64,000 nucleotides of DNA, taken from Nitrospira sp. Its GTDB lineage: Bacteria; Nitrospirota; Nitrospiria; Nitrospirales; Nitrospiraceae. The notes below the pieces were generated by a model that saw nothing but the letters and a program-made list of their open reading frames with translations, made no database searches and was not told the DNA's origin. Location: contig JANYBU010000288.1 in assembly GCA_025360665.1 (NCBI GenBank), positions 5,855 to 69,854 of the forward strand, written 5' to 3'. Of this stretch, positions 9,561 to 17,156 are shown piece by piece (position 1 is the first letter of the stretch; each line of letters starts with the position of its first letter). The position numbers were made by a program, and so were the translations under genes.

Positions 9561-9968
9561 ATGACGCTTTTTGATCGCACCATGCAATTGGTCCATCGCA
9601 CACTAGATTTGCGGCAAGCCAGGCAGCGGGTCATTGCCTCGAATATTGCGAACGAAGAAACCCCCGGCTATCGCGCCGCCGATTTCAATTTTCTCGACTC
9701 GCTGCAAGCGGCTCAGCGCGGCCAAGGACCGGTGACGCTCGCGGTGACGCAGGGCAAACACTTCGGTCCACGCGGAGAGGGGCTTCAACGGGTTGTCGGG
9801 AAACTCAGCGACGTGCCTGCGGGAGACCTTCCCTTGGATGCCAACTCAGTGAACATGGAGTTGGAAATGGCCAAAATGTCCGACAACGCAATGCAGTACA
9901 ACGGCGCCGCGGCGATCATGGCCATCCGGTTTCGGCAACTGATGGGTGCGATCCGCGACGCGCGATAG
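9561..9968 (+). CDS. flgB: Flagellar proximal rod protein FlgB
   Basis: 135 aa from ATG 9561 (MTLFDRTMQLVHRTLDLRQARQRVIASNIANEETPGYRA), with the conserved rod N-terminal SNIAN motif. The track start 9417 precedes the sigma54 promoter, so I reject it. Confidence 0.9.
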   Translation: MTLFDRTMQLVHRTLDLRQARQRVIASNIANEETPGYRAADFNFLDSLQAAQRGQGPVTLAVTQGKHFGPRGEGLQRVVGKLSDVPAGDLPLDANSVNMELEMAKMSDNAMQYNGAAAIMAIRFRQLMGAIRDAR

Positions 9969-10038
9969 CAACAAATTCACGCCATCAGCTATCAGCTCTG
10001 ACCTATAAGCTGACCGCCGATAGCAAGGAGGCTTTACT

Positions 10039-10488
10039 ATGGATATGACCGACAGCATGGCGGTGTCCGTTACCGCCTTAGATGCCCAACGCCGCCGACT
10101 TAACGTGATCTCCAGTAACCTGGCGAACGCCCAGTCTACACATACGCCGGGAGGAGGCCCCTATAAACGTCGGGATGTGGTCTTCCAGTCCACGCCTGTT
10201 GCCAGTCCCTTTCAGCGTACGTTGCGGCAGTTGGCGACGGGGCCTGGCGCCCATGCGCTCGATGGAGTGAAGGTGCTGCGCGTGCAGGAAGACTCAAAGC
10301 CCGGGCAGGTGGTTTATGATCCGCGCCATCCTGACGCCGACAAAAAAGGGTTCGTCAAGATGCCGAACGTCAATGTTATGGAAGAAATGGTGAACATGAT
10401 CGGGGCATCCCGCTCCTACGAAGCCAACGTGCAAGCGATTAACGCGACCCGCGCCATGTGGAATAAGGCGCTGGAGATCGGGAGGTAG
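10039..10488 (+). CDS. flgC: Flagellar proximal rod protein FlgC
   Basis: 149 aa. LNVISSNLANAQST... and C-terminal MPNVNVMEEMVNMIGASRSYEANVQAI are hallmark FlgC segments. Confidence 0.95.
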   Translation: MDMTDSMAVSVTALDAQRRRLNVISSNLANAQSTHTPGGGPYKRRDVVFQSTPVASPFQRTLRQLATGPGAHALDGVKVLRVQEDSKPGQVVYDPRHPDADKKGFVKMPNVNVMEEMVNMIGASRSYEANVQAINATRAMWNKALEIGR

Positions 10489-10490
10489 TC

Positions 10491-10796
10491 ATGGATCAGA
10501 TCAAAGCGATCACGTTTCCGACACCGTCCTTCGGGGACGGTGCCACCGTGTCTCATGCCATGGGTGGTGTGCCCTCAAGTGGATTTATGGATACGCTGCA
10601 GCATGCAATCAGTAAGGCCAATGACATCCAGCTGGAAGCGAGTCAGGCGACCGAGGCGCTGATGACCGGACAGACACAAAATGTCCATCAGACGATGGTC
10701 GCGTTACAGGAAGCGGATGTGTCCTTCCAGCTGATGATGCAGATCAGGAACAAACTGGTGTCGGCCTACGAAGACATTCAGCGGATGCAAATCTAA
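10491..10796 (+). CDS. fliE: Flagellar hook-basal body protein FliE
   Basis: 101 aa. The C-terminal VHQTMVALQEADVSFQLMMQIRNKLVSAYEDIQRMQI is typical of FliE. It sits between flgC and fliF. Confidence 0.9.
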   Translation: MDQIKAITFPTPSFGDGATVSHAMGGVPSSGFMDTLQHAISKANDIQLEASQATEALMTGQTQNVHQTMVALQEADVSFQLMMQIRNKLVSAYEDIQRMQI

Positions 10797-10830
10797 GCGT
10801 CATATCTTGTAGCGAGGAGTAGGGTCGTCC

Positions 10831-12399
10831 ATGCTGTCTATGCTTTCCAAGTTTTCCATCAATCAACGCATGATCATTCTGGTTGCGCTTGCCGGCTCGA
10901 TAGCCGGACTGATCGCCGTCATCTTGTGGACGCAACAGCCCGACATGCAGGTGCTATTTACCAACCTCAATCCAGAGGACGCGGCAGGGATTGTGGATAA
11001 GTTGAAAGAAACGAAGGTGCCGTACGAGACGACAGGCGGGGGCACGACCGTGCTGGTCCCCAGCGCGCAAGTTCATGAGTTGCGATTGCAATTGGCCACC
11101 CAGGGGCTCCCGCACGGAGGTGGAGTGGGATTTGAAATCTTCGATCGATCGTCGATCGGAACGTCTGATTTCGTCCAGAAGCTCAATTATCGTCGTGCGC
11201 TGCAAGGCGAGCTGGCACGGACCATTGCGCAAATGCCGGAGATTGAACGAGCCCGCGTTCACCTTGCCACCCCGGAACGGCGATTATTTGGAAACGACGA
11301 CAATCGCGCACGCGCCTCGATCGTGGTGTCATTGCGAAACGGACAAGCCCTTGCCAAGACTCAAGTGAACGGGATCGTTCACCTCGTGGCCAGCAGCGTT
11401 GAGGGTCTTCAAGTCAAGGATGTCACCATTGTGGATGGCCATGGACGGCTCCTCTCGTGGGCAGCCGGGGGCGACGACGCTGCAGGACTCACCGGCTCGC
11501 AGTTGGAATATCAGCGGACGGTTGAGAAGGATATCGAAACGCGTATCCAAACGATGTTGGAGCGAATCGTCGGACAGAATAAAGCGGTGGTGCGGGTATC
11601 CAGCGTGCTCGATTTTCGAAAAATTGAAACGACGGAAGAGCGGTACGATCCGAACAGTCAAGTCGTTCGGAGCGAACAGCGAGGACAGGAAAAGTCGAAT
11701 GGCGTCAATGGCGTATCCGGTGGCGTGCCCGGCGTCCAGTCGAATGTGCCGCCCGCGACAGACCAAGAGCCGCCTCAAACGAGTTCGACCAGCAATCAAA
11801 CCAAGAACGAAACCGTGAACTACGAAATCAGCCGGACCGTTTCCCGCATCGTGGAATCCAGCGGCAGCATTAAGCAACTCTCTGTGGCGGTGCTCGTGGA
11901 CGGCATTTACGAAGGGGCCAAGGCGTCTGCAGACAGGACATCCGTAGCTGACCAAGCCAAGAAGTATGTCGCACGGTCTGAAGAAGACATGAAGCGTATC
12001 GAGGAAATCGTGAAAAAAGCGATGGGCTACTCGGCAGAGCGTCAGGATCAAGTCCAGGTGACCAACGTGCAATTTGACATCGGGACTGAAGAACCTTCTG
12101 CTCAGGGCATCGAGGCCGCGGCAGATGCGACAAATCCCTTCATGCCCTATCTTCGCTACGGAGTTGGCGGAGTGTTCTTTCTCCTGCTTCTCTTCATGGT
12201 CGTGCGTCCGCTTTTGAACATGCTGGGGGCGACGGGGGCATCATCCGGTGAGGGGAACACGCCGACGCTACCCGCGTCGGTCAGCCAGGTCGAAGCGGCA
12301 TTGGAGGGAAGGCCGCGCTCGCAGCTCATTGAGATGGCCCGCAGCAATCCCGATACGACGGCTGTGGTCGTCAAACAATGGTTGAAGTCTCCTCAGTAG
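10831..12399 (+). CDS. fliF: Flagellar MS-ring protein FliF
   Basis: 522 aa. N-terminal TM segment, conserved LKETKVPYE...GGTTVLVP...ELRLQLATQGLP and RALQGELARTI, and a C-terminal TM segment. Confidence 0.95.
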   Translation: MLSMLSKFSINQRMIILVALAGSIAGLIAVILWTQQPDMQVLFTNLNPEDAAGIVDKLKETKVPYETTGGGTTVLVPSAQVHELRLQLATQGLPHGGGVGFEIFDRSSIGTSDFVQKLNYRRALQGELARTIAQMPEIERARVHLATPERRLFGNDDNRARASIVVSLRNGQALAKTQVNGIVHLVASSVEGLQVKDVTIVDGHGRLLSWAAGGDDAAGLTGSQLEYQRTVEKDIETRIQTMLERIVGQNKAVVRVSSVLDFRKIETTEERYDPNSQVVRSEQRGQEKSNGVNGVSGGVPGVQSNVPPATDQEPPQTSSTSNQTKNETVNYEISRTVSRIVESSGSIKQLSVAVLVDGIYEGAKASADRTSVADQAKKYVARSEEDMKRIEEIVKKAMGYSAERQDQVQVTNVQFDIGTEEPSAQGIEAAADATNPFMPYLRYGVGGVFFLLLLFMVVRPLLNMLGATGASSGEGNTPTLPASVSQVEAALEGRPRSQLIEMARSNPDTTAVVVKQWLKSPQ

Positions 12400-12414
12400 T
12401 AGAGAGTTATAGGG

Positions 12415-13407
12415 ATGGCCATACAATTATCCGGTGAACAGAAAGCCGCGATTCTTCTGCGAGCGATCGGTGAAGATGCCGCGGCGCTGGTCATGAAGAA
12501 CCTCGACCCAAAGGAGATCCGCAAACTGGGAACCTTCATGAGCGACACAGCGCATATTACGCAGGAGGAAGAACTGAGCGTGATGGAGGATTTTCAGAAG
12601 GCCAGTGCGGCCGGCGAGGTGTCGTTTCACGGGAAAGAATACATCAAAACCATTCTGACGAAGGCCCTCGGTCCTGAAAAGGCCGCCCGCCTTCTTGAAT
12701 CCATGAATAGCAGAGTCTATCCAGGACTCGACGCATTGAAGTGGGTGGATGCGAAGAGCGTGTCCCAAATGATCAAGACTGAGCACCCGCAAACGATTTC
12801 CCTCATCATGGCGAATATGGAGCCGGAGCAGGCCAGTCAGGTCATGGTCGGTTTGCCCGCTGAGCTGCGGGCGGATGTGGCCCTGCGGTTGGCAACGATG
12901 GAGGAGGTGCAGCCGGAGGTGCTCGAGGAACTCAGCAGCTCGCTGCAAGACATCCTGGTTGCCAGCACCGGTGCCCATGCCACGAGCCTCGGCGGTGCCA
13001 AGGCGATCGCGAACATTCTTACTCGACTGGATAAAAACACCGAGGGCGGCATTATGACGAAGATCGCGGAGCGGAATCAGACCTTGGCCGATGCGATCCG
13101 CGCCTTGATGTTCGTGTTCGACGATCTGACCAAGCTCGACGATCGTGGGATGCAAGAGCTGATGAAAGAAGTCAGCAAAGAAGATCTTCCCGTAGCGCTT
13201 CGCGGTGCGAGTCCGGACGTCAAAGACAAGTTTCTGAAGAATATGTCGAGCCGAGCCGCCGAAATGTTGAAAGAGGATATGGAGGTGCGAGGACCGGCGA
13301 AGGTGAAGGATGTGGAGAGGGCCCAGCAGAATATCCTCAAGGTGTGCCGCAAACTGGAAGAGGAAGGCCGCATTGTAATTGTCGGTGCTGGGGAGGCGTT
13401 GGTATAA
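12415..13407 (+). CDS. fliG: Flagellar motor switch protein FliG
   Basis: 330 aa. LSGEQKAAILLRAIGEDAAA, the EHPQTISLIMANM motif and the C-terminal MSSRAAEMLKEDME torque-helix region. Confidence 0.95.
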   Translation: MAIQLSGEQKAAILLRAIGEDAAALVMKNLDPKEIRKLGTFMSDTAHITQEEELSVMEDFQKASAAGEVSFHGKEYIKTILTKALGPEKAARLLESMNSRVYPGLDALKWVDAKSVSQMIKTEHPQTISLIMANMEPEQASQVMVGLPAELRADVALRLATMEEVQPEVLEELSSSLQDILVASTGAHATSLGGAKAIANILTRLDKNTEGGIMTKIAERNQTLADAIRALMFVFDDLTKLDDRGMQELMKEVSKEDLPVALRGASPDVKDKFLKNMSSRAAEMLKEDMEVRGPAKVKDVERAQQNILKVCRKLEEEGRIVIVGAGEALV

Positions 13408-14457
13408 ATGACCAGTCCTTTGAGCATGGAGTCCACCGTTTCCCAGCCCGCATCGCGTGCCACGTGGCAGCGAGACGCCTCTATCTTAGTCGTCGACGAT
13501 GAGGTATCGATCCAGAAGTTGCTGGCCGCGATGTTACAGTCGGATGGGTATCGCGTCCGCGCGGTTGGATCGGCGCGAGAGGCGCTCGCGGCGCTAAAGA
13601 CTGCTCCTGCCTCGCTCTTGATCACCGATGTCAAACTGCCGGACCAGGATGGTATCGGTTTACTCCAGCAGGCCTGTGAGCTCGATAGGCGCATGATCGG
13701 CGTCGTCATGACCGGATATGCCAGCGTCGACATCGCCGTTCAAGCCATGAAGGCCGGTGCTGCGGAGTTTCTGATGAAACCCTTCCAGAACGATGTGGTG
13801 TTGTTGACGGTCAAGCGGCTGCTCGAGCTCTACCGCCTGCGAGTCGAAAATGCTGTTCTGAAACAGGCAGTGGTTCGTGACGGAGGCTTGCGTCTTCAGA
13901 ACCTTGCGTTGACCGATTTCGGCACAGGCCAACAGTTCATCGGCACCAGTGGCCCCTCGGACTACGACCAAGGCATTGCCGAGGGCGAACGAAGAGCGGG
14001 CGTGCGAGACGCAGCCGTCCAGCGAGGGGAGCAGACTGTGTTTGCCAACGCAGTCCACCAACTTGATGAGGTCTGGAGGTCGTTCGGTCAGACGATGGAA
14101 GCAGACGTGACGGCATTGGCCTTCAGCTTGGCGACACGCATCTTGCGGGACACCGTTGCCGAACGTCAGGATGTCGTGAGGGCGCAACTGAAAGCCGCCT
14201 TGGCCACGATCCGCGAATCAGGTGTCGTGACAGTGCGAACCCATCCCTCCGATGTCCCCGTCCTTGAAGCGGCGCGCCCGGAGTTGAGCCGCGATCGAGA
14301 GCCGTCATTAGTGCTGAACATTGAAGGCGATGCGTCTCTCTCTCGGGGAAGTTGTGTGGTGCACACGACGAATCGACTGGTCGATGCTTCGTTGGACACG
14401 CAGTTGCTGCGGCTCGGCGAAGTCTTACAGAAGCGAGGACGCGGTGCAGCTCGTTGA
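13408..14457 (+). CDS. fliH: Receiver-domain-FliH fusion (flagellar export ATPase regulator with N-terminal CheY-like REC)
   Basis: 349 aa in the fliH slot, between fliG and fliI. The N-terminal ~120 aa form a complete receiver (ILVVDDEVS, LLITDVKLPDQDG, VVMTGY, LMKPF). The C-terminal part is FliH/YscL-like (VVTVRTHPSDVPVLEAARPEL...LVLNIEGDASLSRGSCVVHTTNRLVDASLDTQL). Confidence 0.8.
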   Translation: MTSPLSMESTVSQPASRATWQRDASILVVDDEVSIQKLLAAMLQSDGYRVRAVGSAREALAALKTAPASLLITDVKLPDQDGIGLLQQACELDRRMIGVVMTGYASVDIAVQAMKAGAAEFLMKPFQNDVVLLTVKRLLELYRLRVENAVLKQAVVRDGGLRLQNLALTDFGTGQQFIGTSGPSDYDQGIAEGERRAGVRDAAVQRGEQTVFANAVHQLDEVWRSFGQTMEADVTALAFSLATRILRDTVAERQDVVRAQLKAALATIRESGVVTVRTHPSDVPVLEAARPELSRDREPSLVLNIEGDASLSRGSCVVHTTNRLVDASLDTQLLRLGEVLQKRGRGAAR

Positions 14458-15751
14458 TCTGATTGAACAGACGGATCCCCTCGCCGTCTCCGGTCGTGTG
14501 GCCCAAGCGGTCGGGATTGTGATCGAGGGATATGGTCCTATGACATCGGTGGGAGAATTGTGCGAAGTCACGCGCGAGGACGGGGAGGGCACTGTGCTGG
14601 CCGAGGTGGTCGGGTTTCGCGGAGACCGTGTGCTACTGATGCCGCTTGGGGAGATGCGGGGGATTGGCCCAGGTAGCCGGCTGTTGATGAAAGGGCACTG
14701 CGCGTCGGTTCCGGTCGGCCCGCATCTGCTTGGCCGAGTGCTGGATGGGCTTGGTGAGCCACTCGATGGAAAGGGGCCCCTGGTTACCGAGCGCCAGTAT
14801 CCGCTCCATGCGGCACCGCTCAATCCGCTCCAGCGCGCGCGCATTACGAAACCGCTCGACCTCGGTGTCCGGGCGATCAATGCCTGTTTGACTTGCGGCC
14901 TGGGTCAAAAGATCGGGATCTTTGCCAGTGCAGGTGTGGGAAAGAGCGTCCTTCTCGGCATGATGAGCCGCTACACCAGAGCCGACGTGAACGTCATTGC
15001 GCTGATCGGCGAACGAGGTAGGGAAGTGAATGAATTCCTTGAGCGTGACCTGACCCCGGCCGCGCTCCAGCGGTCGGTCGTCATCGTTGCGACGTCGGAT
15101 CAACCGCCGCTGGTGCGGTTGCGGGGCGCGTTGATTGCGACCGCCATCGCGGAATATTTTCGTGATTGCGGCAAACAGGTCCTCCTCATGATGGATTCGC
15201 TGACCCGGTTGGCCCACAGCCAGCGTGAAGTGGGGCTCGCCATTGGTGAACCGCCCACCACAAAAGGGTATACGCCATCGGTCTTCACGTTTCTTCCAAA
15301 GCTCCTGGAGCGAGTCGGGACGGGGCCTGGCTCCGGCACGATCACCGGCCTCTATACTGTGCTCATGGATAGCGACGAACTCGCCGATCCCATCGCAGAA
15401 ACGGTCCGGTCGATCCTCGACGGGCATATCGTGCTCTCGCGGCAATTGGCCGCGCGCAACCATTTTCCCGCGATCGATCTGCTCAACAGCACCAGCCGTG
15501 TCATGAAAGACATCGTGAGTCGCGAGCATTATGCCGCGGCTCGGTCCACAGTCGAGCTGATGGCCCGCTACCAACAGTCGGAAGATCTCATTCTCCTGGG
15601 TGCCTATAAGGCCGGGACGAACAAGGCGCTCGATCAGGCCGTGACGGCGCAGGACGGGATCAATGCCTTTCTTCGTCAGGAGATCGAGCAGCCGGCCGAC
15701 CTCGGGGCATCGGTCCAGGACTTACTTGCCCTGGTGAAGAGCACAGTATGA
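14444..15751 (+). CDS. fliI: Flagellum-specific ATPase FliI
   Basis: Walker A (FASAGVGKS), Walker B (VLLMMDSLTR) and a typical FliI/T3SS ATPase body. I propose a GTG start at 14444 behind GAGGA, giving about 435 aa. The track start 14321 lies deep inside fliH. Confidence 0.9.
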   Translation: MQLVDLIEQTDPLAVSGRVAQAVGIVIEGYGPMTSVGELCEVTREDGEGTVLAEVVGFRGDRVLLMPLGEMRGIGPGSRLLMKGHCASVPVGPHLLGRVLDGLGEPLDGKGPLVTERQYPLHAAPLNPLQRARITKPLDLGVRAINACLTCGLGQKIGIFASAGVGKSVLLGMMSRYTRADVNVIALIGERGREVNEFLERDLTPAALQRSVVIVATSDQPPLVRLRGALIATAIAEYFRDCGKQVLLMMDSLTRLAHSQREVGLAIGEPPTTKGYTPSVFTFLPKLLERVGTGPGSGTITGLYTVLMDSDELADPIAETVRSILDGHIVLSRQLAARNHFPAIDLLNSTSRVMKDIVSREHYAAARSTVELMARYQQSEDLILLGAYKAGTNKALDQAVTAQDGINAFLRQEIEQPADLGASVQDLLALVKSTV

Positions 15752-16191
15752 AACTCGACGTGATACGACGCTATCGCGCACAAGTGGAAGGTGTCGTGCG
15801 TATGGAACTTCTTGTGTCTCGCCAGAAACTCCAGGGCGCGGAAACCCATTGTCAGGCACTCGACGTACAGACGGAGGTGACGGCCGAGCGGTATCGTACC
15901 AAAGTCAGTGCAGGGATGGTGGTGGAGGAATTTATCGAGTGGCAGGCGACGTGTGACGCCGAGGCCGCCCTGCTCACGCAAGCCCGGCAGGTTGAAGGCC
16001 GGCTTCGTGACGAGTGGCATCAGAAGCAGAACGACTTGCGGGACGCCATGCAGGAGCGTCGGACGCTCGATCGGCTGGCGGATCGAGTACGCCTGCAACA
16101 TCAGACCTTGCAGCACCGGGTCGAGCAAGCGCAAATGGATGAGGCCGCGCGTCGCACGAGTGCGATAGGCGGCCTGCACAATCCTTTATGA
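15748..16191 (+). CDS. fliJ: Flagellar export chaperone-like protein FliJ
   Basis: 147 aa, charged coiled-coil composition, ATGA overlap with the fliI stop, and the canonical position after fliI. Confidence 0.7.
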   Translation: MKLDVIRRYRAQVEGVVRMELLVSRQKLQGAETHCQALDVQTEVTAERYRTKVSAGMVVEEFIEWQATCDAEAALLTQARQVEGRLRDEWHQKQNDLRDAMQERRTLDRLADRVRLQHQTLQHRVEQAQMDEAARRTSAIGGLHNPL

Positions 16192-16955
16192 GCAGGCATA
16201 TGATGGATCAGCGTCGCGATCGCATCAGCATCACACGCCCTCGGGCGGACGGATATCGACGCCCGCTCATGGGGTGGGGAAAGCAGCTCTGGTCTGTGGG
16301 GGTCTTGGTTGGTGTGATCATGGCGCTGAGCTGGACGTTGGTCCAGCTCAGCCACGATTCTTTTGCTCAGACGACAATACTTCCTGGTACTCGGACGGCC
16401 CTCCCCGTTGCCGTCGATTCTGAGAATCCTTCCTCACGGTCAGTGTCACCGGAAGAGACCAAGACCGCGGGGCCTGAGTCATCACCGGCGCCGCTCGTGC
16501 AGGCCCAGGGCCCTGCGCTCAATGTACCGGAGGAAGTGGTCGCCATGCTCCAACAGCGTCAAGAGGACTTGGAAGGTCGCGAGAAGGCCGTTCGGACGGC
16601 AGAGGAGCGGCTCATGACTCTCAGGGCTGAACTTGAGCAGATATTGAGTAAAGTCGAGGCCGCAGAACAGCGGCGTTTAGGCCTCAAGGAACAGCAGGAG
16701 AAAGCCGCTACGGGGCAGAGCGCGGCACAGAAGAAACAAGCGGTCGAACTGCACAATCAAAAATACGCACAGCTGACCAAGATGTATGAAAGCATGCCCG
16801 CCGAAGAGGCGGCGGCACGAATCGAGCGGATGCCGGACCGGAAAGCGCTTGAGATTCTTCGGCTCCTGAAAGGTAAAATCGCTGGATCGATTCTCGCACA
16901 AGTGAAAGTCGACCGTGCCGCGAAACTCACCGAACAACTTCTTCTCAACCCCTGA
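16188..16955 (+). CDS. Flagellar-operon membrane protein with MgtE_N/MotE-like C-terminal domain (ylxF/flbB slot)
   Basis: 255 aa. One TM segment (LWSVGVLVGVIMALSWTLV), a coiled-coil middle and a C-terminal MPAEEAAARIERMPDRKALEILRLLKGKIAGSILAQV segment. It has the same position as Bacillus ylxF, between fliJ and fliK. Confidence 0.6.
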   Translation: MSRHMMDQRRDRISITRPRADGYRRPLMGWGKQLWSVGVLVGVIMALSWTLVQLSHDSFAQTTILPGTRTALPVAVDSENPSSRSVSPEETKTAGPESSPAPLVQAQGPALNVPEEVVAMLQQRQEDLEGREKAVRTAEERLMTLRAELEQILSKVEAAEQRRLGLKEQQEKAATGQSAAQKKQAVELHNQKYAQLTKMYESMPAEEAAARIERMPDRKALEILRLLKGKIAGSILAQVKVDRAAKLTEQLLLNP

Positions 16956-17087
16956 CCTGCTCATTTTTCCCGTTCTCCCGCGGTATTCTTTGCCTGACCA
17001 TTCGGCAACTTTTTCCCCTGCCGGTCTTCCTGCATCCTCGACAGAATGAAACCCTACGCCAATCGACATGTGACGTGCCATTCTGTA

Positions 17088-17102
17088 TGGCACGAGGCTT
17101 GA
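17088..17102 (+). promoter_or_regulatory. Weak sigma54-like element upstream of fliK (TGGCAC-N5-TTGA)
   Basis: TGGCACgaggcTTGA has a perfect -24 but lacks the GC doublet in the -12. The TGGCAC is half of a palindrome, GTGCCA-N7-TGGCAC (17075-17093). Confidence 0.3.
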
Positions 17103-17156
17103 AATGGTCTTGGCCCGACGCCGTTCATCGACTTACCACAGGGACGCCGAGGATAT

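Noticed and set aside
11329-12072. 247-aa minus-strand ORF inside fliF
   Set aside because: It is antisense to a gene with unmistakable FliF motifs, has no RBS and has no motif of its own.
12427-13155. 242-aa minus-strand ORF inside fliG
   Set aside because: It is an antisense shadow of fliG with a His/Arg/Leu-rich nonsense composition.
14633-15574. 313-aa minus-strand ORF inside fliI
   Set aside because: It is an antisense shadow of the FliI ATPase gene.
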